Below, in pieces: positions 52,741 through 64,000 of a stretch of DNA of 64,000 nucleotides. The stretch is from positions 13,011 through 77,010 of the forward strand of contig JAQGDQ010000952.1 in assembly GCA_030141605.1 (NCBI GenBank). Reading direction: 5' to 3'. The DNA comes from Tubiluchus corallicola. Taxonomy: Eukaryota > Animalia > Priapulida. The position numbers and the translations under genes were made by a program. Position 1 is the stretch's first letter. Each line of letters starts with the position of its first letter. The notes under the pieces were generated by a model, which saw nothing but the letters and a program-made list of their open reading frames with translations, was not told where the DNA came from and did no database searches.

Positions 52741-53122
52741 ACCTACAGTAAAAAAACGAAAACTTTTAAACAGCAACAACTGTACGTAGTTGTAATAAAC
52801 ACAGTCTCTATACGTACAGTCAAAAAAATACCAAACCTTTTAAACAGCAACAACTGTACGTAGTTGTAATAAACACAACCTCCATACCTACAGTAAAAAA
52901 ACGAAAACTTTTAAACAGCAACAACTGTACGTAGTTGTAATAAACACAGCCTCCATACCTACAGTAAAAGAACGAAAACTTTTAAACAGCAACAACTGTA
53001 CGTAGTTGTAATAAACAAAGCCTCCATACCTACAGTAAAAAAACGAAAACTTTTAAACAGCAACAACTGTAAGTAATTGTAATAAACACAACCTCCATAC
53101 CTACAGTAAAAAAACGAAAACT
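52741..53122. repeat. ~71-bp tandem x5, followed by (TA)n
   Basis: Unit ACCTACAGTAAAAAAACGAAAACTTTTAAACAGCAACAACTGTACG... Confidence 0.9.
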
Positions 53123-53137
53123 TATATATATATAAGC

Positions 53138-53195
<58 letters not shown>

Positions 53196-53670
53196 TATAT
53201 ATAAAACTATTATGTTGTTGACTTCTTTTTATTTTGTCGTATTTTTAATGTAAATAATGGCAATTTTATCTAATGGAGACTTGTGTATTTTCATTTGAAT
53301 CTTCACAACACAGGCCGTGTGAGCACGATTGTGTTTGAGGTCTCAGGTGCTAGGATGAGATGTAGAATTAAAAACGGGACCCCAGGGAACAAGGTCCCTG
53401 CAAAACGTAAAATAAATGTTACATTACCGCCTGATTCGTGTTCTGGATATACGAATTTGTGTGCGCGATTTAACAATCCGTAATTTCTGTCAATGCGGCC
53501 TTTAGGGAGCTCAATATGTAGGTGCGCGTGCAGCCCTGGATTAACCATTAACCATTAAGCTATTTGTGCTAAGAAGCCTTTTCACAGTTAATCTATGAAC
53601 ACTTTTGCTGTATTAATTATGTTTAAAATGTTTACTTTTCAGAATGTGTACGGAACCAAATCAACTTCAT

Positions 53671-54131
53671 TTAACCCTTTCATACCCGTTGTATCCCGTG
53701 GGATACGAGAATATTTTCTGCCTTTAAAATTAATAAAATTTTAAAACTTACAGTTATTTGATCTGTTAATAGTTATTTTGATTTAAGCCAATAACAATAG
53801 ACTAAAAATGGTGATAAAATGGCAAACTAGAAAATTTACATAGCATAAAAACTGCGCAAGGTACAGTACTTTAGAGACGACTTTGTACAGATCAGCATAG
53901 CGTGCATACTAAATGTCTTAAATACTTTAAAAAATTATCAGCAGTTCCAAAATGAAGCAAATTTTATGCTCCCATTGAATCCCAATGTATGCCGTGGGAT
54001 ACAGGCTATATTTAACAAGCGGGCACAGGTAGAAAAAAAATTATGTGTAAACAAGATGGACATACTGAACAAAAGTACCAAGCCAAAATCTTTTTTCTTA
54101 TAAAAAAATAATTTGGGACTGAAAGGTTTAA
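53671..54131. mobile_element. piggyBac-like MITE
   Basis: Direct copy of 47780-48258, including the right flank. Confidence 0.8.
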
Positions 54132-55581
54132 ACAAAATAAGCACATAGACGATCCCAGTTCACACACAATTCATTTTTATTGTTTATAATAATTGTGTCC
54201 TGTTACTGAAACATTTAAAAAATGCAAGAAAATTGGAGAATCTCTGAATCGCTTAAGCCTAATAATAAGTTTAGTTTGTCATAATCTAATAGGTAAATAA
54301 ACTATGTTTCAGGTAAAAAATGGCTTGCGTGAAAGAATTATTACCACACAAACACAACTTCACGTTAGCGCCACTAGTTCTTCACTGTTACATGCATTTT
54401 GCCCTTGCATCTTGTGCTAGCACCTGCATTGTAAAAAAAGGTGCTGTACCTCTCATTTCACATGTGTCCGTCGTGACTTAGTATATTAAGTTGGAGGGAT
54501 CAGCCATGAATTTGAAATTTGAATTTAAAATTTAAACTTAAAGTTTTTGTATGTAACATTGAGTGTTGTACAGTAGTGCTGTACTTCAATTTCCGCTTCT
54601 ACAAACACATTCAAGGAATGTTTGTGCTGTGTTGAAAATTATCTTCAACTGTGATGTCATCTCGAGTTGGGGGCCCCCGTGCAGATAATTAAGTTTTTAA
54701 TCTATCGTTTAATTATTAGAACCGTTTTGCTAGAATATGTACTTTTTAGCGTACTTCAAAATTGGGTAGAATGTGAACAAATTATCCTGTTCTTCTTTAC
54801 CAGTAAAACGTTCAATCTACATCTTACGGCAAGACAGGTTCCAGAATGTCGCTTATTGTACCGAGTACGCGATTGTAGTATTATGTGACCCATTTAATTG
54901 TCAGTCTACTACACTAAAGTACTCAATTAGTCTATGCTGCCATCTATAGTCGTTGTTTTACTCTAATTGTACAAAGTTTGTCAGAGATTGATTTTTGTTT
55001 CTAAATATTGTTTCCTTTTGCTTTTATAGATATTCATTAATCAAAGTAATTAGATTGTTAATTTCATGCTTTTTTTCTGGTTCTAACTCTCTTATTCAAG
55101 TTTAAATAGAGAAAAATTATGACATTATAACACAGCTTTCTGTAAATCTTTATTCTGCTATCAAAGAAGCCAAGTCGACTTTGATTTAACTAGTAATCTG
55201 TAGAGTATAGGTGACCTTTCCATTTATGGTCTGTATGCATGAATGTGATGTACCTTCCAATAGGAACTTGTATGTCTGGTCATGTGATTATAGCTCACTT
55301 CTCTCTGGCATGCAAGTTTCAGTTGATCTAGAGACAGCATTGAGAAAGGATGCAAAATTTCTACTGTAAAATATCATATTGCTAACTTTATGACTGTTTG
55401 TTCAATTTTGTGATTGAGGTGAACATTGTATCCGTTTTACAATGAAATGATTGCAAATTTCTACACAGAAATCAATTGTCAAAAATGTCAACAAATCGTT
55501 AAAAATCTCACCAATTAGCATTCAGCTTTTTCAGCTGCAAAAAACTGATTTGTCTCACAATCATTTAGCTTCTAAAATAGC

Positions 55582-56811
55582 TTAGCGACATTTAAGTAAT
55601 TTTGCAAAAGCTCTTCTGAATTCAGCATTAGACGCATGATAAAGAAATGGATTTATCGTGGAGTTAGCATACGTCATATAAAAGAAGATGGCGTAGGCTG
55701 TCTCAGAAATCCACTCCGGATGAATGGCGCTGATGTCAAACACAAAATGAAACGGTATCCAACAGATGGCGTAACCAGCTATAATGTACGTCAACATGAT
55801 GAACACTTTCCTCTCACGTCTGTCGCGCTCTTTCTCCGGGTCACGTTGCTTCTTTCTTTTCCTCTTCCTCTTCTTCCCCTCGCTGCCGGCAATGGACAGA
55901 AAGTTGGAGTCCTGTGTAGCTGAGGTTTTTGTTACTTCGCCAGGAAAAGCGGCAGATTGAGTGTATCCAGACTCGGAAGGATATGTACTCATGGTTTCTG
56001 CGTAGGCCTGCGAAACTGATGCAAGTGGAACAGAGTTGCCTTCATAATGGCCGCCAATTGTGGGCCTGACCTTGGCGCGAACACGCATTTTCCTGAAGAT
56101 GTTGACGTAGCAGAAAGCCAAGATGATGTCCGGCAAGTGATGACCAATTATGGCCACGAACACCACGAACTCCTTGTTGTTGGATGGCTCCCATATGCAC
56201 TTGTATGGTTCTGACCACTTTATTCTGTCAATTATGCAAGGAGGTAGCCAGATAGTTAACATCACTGCCCATACGACGACCAGCGCAATGACCACCTTCG
56301 ACTTCTTGTTGTGCTTCTGGTAGTGGATGGGACGGGCAACGCTCCAGTAGCGATCAATCGATATAGCAACCAAAGTAAAAACTGACGCGAACGTCATGCC
56401 GTAATCGAAGAAGATCCACACCCCGCACATGAACGTCCCAAACGGCCAACAACCCATAACCCTGTCCACCGAGTAAAACGTCATGGCAGAGACGCCCACG
56501 GCAAAGTCGGTAATGGCAAGGTTCAGCACGTAGTAGTTGAACGTTGTCTGCAGGTTCTTGTACTTTAGTATGGCAATGATAACAAGCAGATTTCCAACTA
56601 TTGTAATGCTCACTATAACTGCTAGTATGCAAGCAAGTACAATGTCTCCATCTCCAATTGGTGTGGACACCACGCAACCTTGTGTTACATCATCCGGTAG
56701 AAGTTCGTCAAGTGTGCAGCTGTTGTTGCTTAACGTACCGCTGACGACTGTGCTATTGTTGAGAACAGTTTCGTCAACGGTACATGTTTTGTTCACCATA
56801 TCCTTCAGCAT
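55582..56811 (-). CDS. Class A aminergic-type GPCR (muscarinic/histamine-receptor-like orphan), intronless CDS, 409 aa
   Basis: GN (TM1), LAxxD (TM2), WPFG..C, TM3 Asp in FFDY, DRY, CWIP, NPFLY. ATG directly follows a TTTCAG acceptor, implying a 5' UTR intron (candidate donor at 57823). AATAAA at 55149-55154 on minus. Confidence 0.95.
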   Translation of the reverse strand: MLKDMVNKTCTVDETVLNNSTVVSGTLSNNSCTLDELLPDDVTQGCVVSTPIGDGDIVLACILAVIVSITIVGNLLVIIAILKYKNLQTTFNYYVLNLAITDFAVGVSAMTFYSVDRVMGCWPFGTFMCGVWIFFDYGMTFASVFTLVAISIDRYWSVARPIHYQKHNKKSKVVIALVVVWAVMLTIWLPPCIIDRIKWSEPYKCIWEPSNNKEFVVFVAIIGHHLPDIILAFCYVNIFRKMRVRAKVRPTIGGHYEGNSVPLASVSQAYAETMSTYPSESGYTQSAAFPGEVTKTSATQDSNFLSIAGSEGKKRKRKRKKQRDPEKERDRRERKVFIMLTYIIAGYAICWIPFHFVFDISAIHPEWISETAYAIFFYMTYANSTINPFLYHASNAEFRRAFAKLLKCR

Positions 56812-57154
56812 CTGAAATGCAAGAACAATGGCTGCGTTTTAGTATAGTTGTGACTACACACAAGACTGAAGACTCTCACCATTCTCGGGTGAAATGGAAA
56901 GGCAACATTGGAACCAGATTTCAATGCACAAACTAATTGAACATACTACTGATTTAGTCTCGTCCTAGTTTTGCAGTTACTCAGCCTTCAGGGTAACCTG
57001 TTATCATGGTTTGTTTTTTAAGATGCAATATTGTTTCTTTTACAAAATCAATAAGTAATCAATCTTTGACAACATCCCCGCCTAAAATAAAAGTTCATGC
57101 GAGCACGAAGGCGAAAGATTCGTTTTACATAATCAGAAGAGCTTGGAGGAAACA

Positions 57155-57700
57155 CATCTGAATGACCTCCTACTCAAAGAGGTAAATGCTCTAGTACATT
57201 AGGTACATTGCATAATTATATAAGCTTGAAGAAGCATATCTGAACGACCTGATACTCAAAGTGTTCAGTGCTCTAGTACATTAGGTACATTGCATAATTA
57301 GATAAGCTTGAAGAAGCATATCTGAACGACCTGATACTCAAAGTGTTCAATGCTCTAGTACATTAAGTACATTGCATAATTATATAAGCTTGAAGAAGCA
57401 TATCTGAACGACCTGATACTCAAAGTGTTCAATGCTCTAGTACATTAGGTACATTGGGTAATTAGATCAGCTTGAAGAGAGCATATCTGAACGACCTGAT
57501 ACTCAAAGTGTTCAGTGCTCTAGTACATTAGGTACATTGGGTAATTAGATCAGTTTGAAGAGAGCATATCTGACGCTCAAAGTGACAAGTGCTCTAGCTC
57601 TAGCTCATTAGGTACATTTCGTAATTAGATCAGCTTGAAGAAGCGTAGGCCTATCTGATTCTGAAAGTGGTAAATGTTCTAGTTCATTATGTAGATGGAT
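57155..57700. repeat. 82-83-bp minisatellite (~6 copies)
   Basis: Unit CATATCTGAACGACCTGATACTCAAAGTGTTC...CTTGAAGAAG. Confidence 0.9.
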
Positions 57701-58348
57701 ACAGAGTGCCCCCAGGTAAGATGCGAACAGCATCTAGTTGAAAACGTTGGAGATAAGAAGCTGGAAGCTTGGCTATAATTATCCCAGACGCATTAAGATT
57801 ATTACAAGACCTATTTTTCTTACCTGCTTTACCTTTCGTTTGTAATTACAGGTACATTTTGGTAATGAGGCAGCGGTCTGAAATCTGATTATTGTGGGTT
57901 TAAGTAAACTAACTTTTAATTAGTCCACAACGCGTTACAAAACACATTAGTACAACAACCCACTGACAAACCGAATGCGAAAGGTCTTCTGCGGCCTCAG
58001 TACTGCATGTACCCTGGCTTCATTAGTGGTTTCCTTACAGCAAACCACGCCCAGAAAAAAAGTGGTCCAGTCAGTAGTCGGCAGCGCTTGGATGGAGACA
58101 TGTGACAAGGAAAATGGTTTCGACTCATTTTGACGGTTTCCGTTCCGATGTTTTTCAAATTAACATAAAGTCTAGTATTTAATTGTGAATTATTTACTGC
58201 TGTTCAGTGAACTAGCTTCATCTAAAATCACCTTGGCAACGCGACTGCAGCAGACGTGTGAAATCCAACTTTAATAAATCAAATATTTTCATGACATTGA
58301 TCTTTTAAAATGGTTGGCAAAGGAAGAATCTATCACGTTACATTTTAG

Positions 58349-58349
58349 A

Positions 58350-58415
<66 letters not shown>

Positions 58416-58525
58416 TTTCTCTCTCTCTCTCTCGCCATCTCTCTCTCTCGCTCACTTCTCTCTCTCTCTCGCCCTCTCTCTCTCTCGCTCACTTCTCTGT
58501 CTCTCTCGCCCTCTCTCTCTCGCTC

Positions 58526-58568
<43 letters not shown>

Positions 58569-58806
58569 TCTCTCTCTCCATCTCTCCTCCCTCTCTCTCT
58601 CCCTCCATCCCCCCTCTCTCTCTCTCGCTCACTTCTCTCTCTCTCTCTCTCTCTCGCTCTCTCTCTCTCTCGCTCTCTCAATCTCTCCTCCCTCTCTCTC
58701 TCTCCCTCCCTCCCGCTCCCTCTCTCGCTCACTTCTGTCTCTCGCTCTCTCTGTCGCTCACTTCTCTCTCTCTCCAACTCGACCCCCTCTCTCTCGCTCT
58801 CTCTAT

Positions 58807-58843
<37 letters not shown>

Positions 58844-58935
58844 CCCTCTTTCTCTCTCTCTCGCTCACTTCTCTCTCTCTCTAGCTACCTACCTACTTAC
58901 CTACCTAGCTATATATATATATATATATACATAGA
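58349..58935. repeat. Imperfect (CT)n plus (TA)n
   Basis: Seen directly. Confidence 0.95.
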
Positions 58936-59331
58936 TTCGCCATCAATTGTGATTTCGTGATGAAAACCTCGAGACAAATGAAAAATTATTACGTTGAGAC
59001 AAAGAAGCTGAAATGATACAAGTAGCAACCATTTATATTTAATGAGCTACTTTCGAGAAAGATAGCGAGGTACATTTCCTTTTTTACTGCCCTGTCTACA
59101 ATACACAAACAAGGGATTTGCATCTGTAGAAAAATGTACGTCCGTATGCGCATCACCAAACATTCGGTTCTGAGAATTTATTCTTTAATGGAACAAGTAA
59201 AACTTTGAATAAATCTTTCGTGTAATAAAGGTTTATGCAACATTCGAGTTAGAGGAATTGTACAGCATGTTTTCCATGAAATTTCTTTGATTTAGAGGCA
59301 AGTAGCTGAAAGCATTTGCTTGTTTTAAAAT

Positions 59332-59888
59332 CAGTGGCGGCTCGTAGCGGAGATTAGTGGAGGTGCTGCCTTAGAAAATGTTTAAGCCATTGTTTTAATA
59401 CTGTGTAAATCGTAACAAACATTTAAAAAGCAAATTTATACACAAATTTGATAAAATCCTAAACAAAATATATTTTTACTTGCTAATAGTCTAAATTGTT
59501 ACAATTCAAGTTAATCTAATTAAGTAATTTATTTATTAAGTTAATATAAGTTTAAATTGATCCATTCTTCTTGTTTTACTTTGCCCGAAAAGGATAAACA
59601 ATTTTCTTCTTGATGGACACTGCTTGAGCTGCAGTGCTCTCTCTGCCTACTGCCTAGTGTATCTTATTTCAGCCATGTGCGCATGGCCGCATGCGCACAA
59701 CAGCCAAACACCACGTGTTGCTCGACTTCTGTTACGTGCTCTGGTTCCGAACAAAGGTTTACAAGTACGTACAAGAACATATATTATAAAGAAAGAATTA
59801 AAGAAAAAAGATTCATTATTAACGATAATATCGAGTGAAAAAATGGTTTGCTGCAAGTTACACGGTGCCTATACACGAGCCGCCACTG
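59332..59888. mobile_element. hAT-like MITE
   Basis: TIR CAGTGGCGGCTCGT / ACGAGCCGCCACTG; imperfect 8-bp TSD TTTAAAAT/TTCAAAAG. Confidence 0.75.
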
Positions 59889-59925
59889 TTCAAAAGAATT
59901 TGTAAAAACTCTTTTACATGTCTTC

Positions 59926-60289
59926 TAGGGGTGAGCATTTTCTACCAGAAAGCGAATTCGAATCGAGCCGAATTTGTGACTTTCGAATTCGAACCGAATT
60001 TCAGTTTTTCGAATTCGAACTGAGAATGAAAGATTTTCGAACAAGTTTTCAAACCACCTGTAAAAATTAGTCTTGCAAAGATGATGCATATCACTCGATT
60101 TTGTTCTGCAATAATCTGCTTAAAATTGTGCGCAGAAATCACAGCTAAATCATGCTAATTGCATGACGTTTCAATCGTTTTAATTTTAAAGAACATATGT
60201 GATTGAAGTGCAGAATTATTCGAATCTATAGTTTTATGTTCGAATCGAGTTTGAACTTAAAAAACTCGAACGTTCAATGCTCACCCCTA
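59926..60289. mobile_element. hAT MITE (TTCGAA-rich family)
   Basis: TIR TAGGGGTGAGCATT / AATGCTCACCCCTA; 8-bp TSD ATGTCTTC/ATGCCTTC. Confidence 0.8.
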
Positions 60290-60364
60290 ATGCCTTCATA
60301 ACGTCCAAACTTTTTTATTACTGTAGTTTACTTTTTGGACCCACAGAGCACGAAAATCTCAAAC

Positions 60365-60487
60365 ATCAAGCTAATTCAGAACTCTGCTGCTCGTCTCGTT
60401 ACCCAAAGTAGAAAATATGATCGTATTACACCAGTTCTAAGAGCGTTATATTGGCTGCAGGTAAAGCTCCGAATTCAATTTAAAATT
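60365..60487 (+). mobile_element. L2-clade LINE ORF2 fragment
   Basis: LIQNSAARLVTQSRKYDRITPVLRALYWLQVKLRIQFKI is the typical L2 motif. Confidence 0.8.
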
Positions 60488-60602
60488 TAATCTCAAATTA
60501 ATTAATCTCTTTTTGCAATTTTGCTTCGAAACGTTTAATGATTGAAAGCTATTGACTCAGCAATATTGATTTTTTACTATTAATTTATTCATATTGTCAC
60601 TA

Positions 60603-60973
60603 TGGTTACGGGGGCAAAGTGTCATTTGTTTTCGACTCCCTCTACACTGTGATGGTTCCATCAATTGCAAAACATTCCGGTCCATATATTGCATATCAGC
60701 ATTGCATAGCGGTTATGTGGCCTCGTTGGTTTAGTAAACAGACGGGCTGGTGCGCGTATCATCTCAGCACCTGTTCCGTAAATATTGGACTGAATTCGCC
60801 CGGGAGTCAGAGGGTCGAATTTCAGGATAGCATGGCGGTCTTTAAATTCCGCATTATAACGATCCATTTTGTACAGTTGTTCTTTAATGTAATTAATAAC
60901 ATAATCAATGAAATTCTCTTAATTACTAAGGTTATCTTAATTAGTAATGAATTGTTTATGAACTAACGGCACA
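60603..60973. mobile_element. Diverged inverted homolog of element 4861-5173
   Basis: Shares TGGCCTCGT.GGTT.AGT...ACGGGC.GGTGC...CTCAGCACCTGTTCCGTAA; right boundary uncertain. Confidence 0.45.
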
Positions 60974-61981
60974 TACCTCTTGTAACAAGTCATCTAGAAC
61001 ACTAGAATAACACTGTAAGAAGTTTTACTTTCAGCACTAATAACAAAACTAACTTAACTAAGTAACAGCACACGTACATACTAGGCCGAGGAGCACCCGT
61101 GTCAGAAATCAAGGTTGTGGTGACCTCTTCCCGCTTTTATACTGCATTGCAGGCACTCACACAACGTGTAGCTCCCCCCCCCCCCAGACGTCCAGAAACA
61201 CGTCTGGATCTAGAAGGAAGGGGTGAGTCGGTGCTAACGGGGAAACAGGACGCGCAGGGGACCCTATACCCGACCCGACAACAGGTGCCTCCGCAACAAC
61301 ACGATCAGCACGAGGAACGCAGGAAATGATTACCCTAATTTTCGGTTTAATTTTTTAAATTTTTGAATTTGTTTCTCAACTGCAACTGCAACATGGTTTG
61401 AGAAATCCAGATTTGAACCCTGGACCTCTTGTCCGGCTTGGCAACACTATTTTTACCATTTCCAATTTAACGAAAAGCACTTTTCGTGTTTTGTAATTTT
61501 TGCAAAGATTTTCATTGTGAATGGACGCATCTCCAACATTGGAATGTTTGTAATGAATTAAATTTTCCTGTTGATGAGCTAAAGTCGCTGACGTCATTAA
61601 CGTTTGTTGCGATTTGACAACAACCATTTGTCCCGGATTCAAAGTTACATAACATAAAGGACTTGATTTAAAGCACCTTTTCAACCTTGTCTTGAATTCA
61701 GGAACTCTGGTTGCTGGAATAACCACAGACATTGCCTTTCCTTTTAAAAGACATGTTTGTCCTGTTTGGAACATATTGTTGCAAAAATTTAGTTGTTGAT
61801 AGCGCATGTTGACGAAGCCATTTATTAAAGACCACATCGAATAATCACTGTCTGTTCCTGAGTCAACAGTCATTAAAACTGTTATTCATTCGTCATGGAG
61901 TCTGAGGCCTTTTGTGCAATAAACAATCTTGTTGCATATTGCAATATTTTTAGACATTTGTTTATGAGTGATTTTTATGGA

Positions 61982-62520
<539 letters not shown>

Positions 62521-63000
62521 TCTTTCCCTCAAACCTTTAGGTGTTTAGCGCATCAATCACTCCCCCCTCTCTACTTCTACCTGCCTCCCTTCCTCTCTCG
62601 CTCTCTTCCTCCCTCCCTCCCACTCTCTCTTTCTGATTTTTCTTTTATTTTTCTTCGCTTTCTCTCTCTTTCCCTCAAACCTTTAGCCGTTAGCGCATCA
62701 ATCACCATTACAATTTTCCAGGAAATATCAAGCGACAGACAATCTCCTTTAGCGAACTGAACAGCATAATGACGCTTAATAAGTGAAAATCTACAAAAAT
62801 TACAAAAGCCAGTAAAATGCAAGATGTTGAAGTTTTCTTCAGGCAGAAGAAGATTACTTATAAGTGAACATCTGCTTGCTCGTATTACTTACTCATAGAA
62901 CATTACTTATATATTGCTTGCTCAGTTGAAGTTTCTTTTAGTGAGGTCTTCAACAGATTATGCTGTAGGAAAGGTATTGTACATACTGTATGATTCACGA

Positions 63001-63727
<727 letters not shown>

Positions 63728-64000
63728 TTGATAATGCCAGATTGAAACAGAAAATGAAAAGTGAAAAGTGTTACTCAATGAATTGCTAAAATGAATTCTA
63801 ATAAATACTTAACATCCACAAATTGATGGACGCTGTTTTGGGGCTTGTATAGAATAATCCTGTACAAAGTCCTGTGCAGTTATTGCTTCCCGTTATTTGA
63901 CCTGAGCCCTGGTCTAATTATGCTTCACATAATAAAACTTTGAAAATATGCCGTAATTGCCATCAGGTAGTTGCACTTACATTGCCGACTTATTCACACG

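Noticed and set aside
55636-56815. Overlapping and antisense ORFs on the GPCR (likewise 40019-40414 on the LRR gene)
   Set aside because: Shadow frames of real coding sequence.
61376-61873. 165-aa ORF
   Set aside because: No recognisable domain or splice support; contains degenerate SINE-like B-box pieces.

Overview
AT-rich, repeat-dense animal genomic DNA, probably from an invertebrate (taxon inferred from gene and TE content only). I can support five intron-containing or single-exon genes, all encoding cell-surface proteins. (1) The first coding exon of a class A GPCR (minus, 8229-8402); its later exons were not found in the window. (2) A complete 4-exon orphan 7TM receptor resembling the GPR157/cAMP-receptor-like group (minus, 27635-36196, 358 aa); exon 3 is missing from the ORF track. 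(3) A 2-exon LRR protein with signal peptide, mucin stalk and probable GPI signal (minus, 39949-41355, 391 aa). (4) A 3-exon PLCXD-type PI-PLC X-domain protein with signal peptide, hydrophobic tail and a lost catalytic His (plus, 49232-51131, 379 aa). (5) An aminergic-type GPCR with an intronless CDS (minus, 55582-56811, 409 aa). The rest is TE-derived: three copies of a 5S rRNA-headed SINE with an RTE LINE tail, LINE 3' fragments, solo LTRs, MITEs (TTAA-targeting, hAT, Tigger, Harbinger-like), TE-derived minisatellites and long microsatellites. Most ORF-track entries are repeat artefacts. All calls were made by eye, without database searches.
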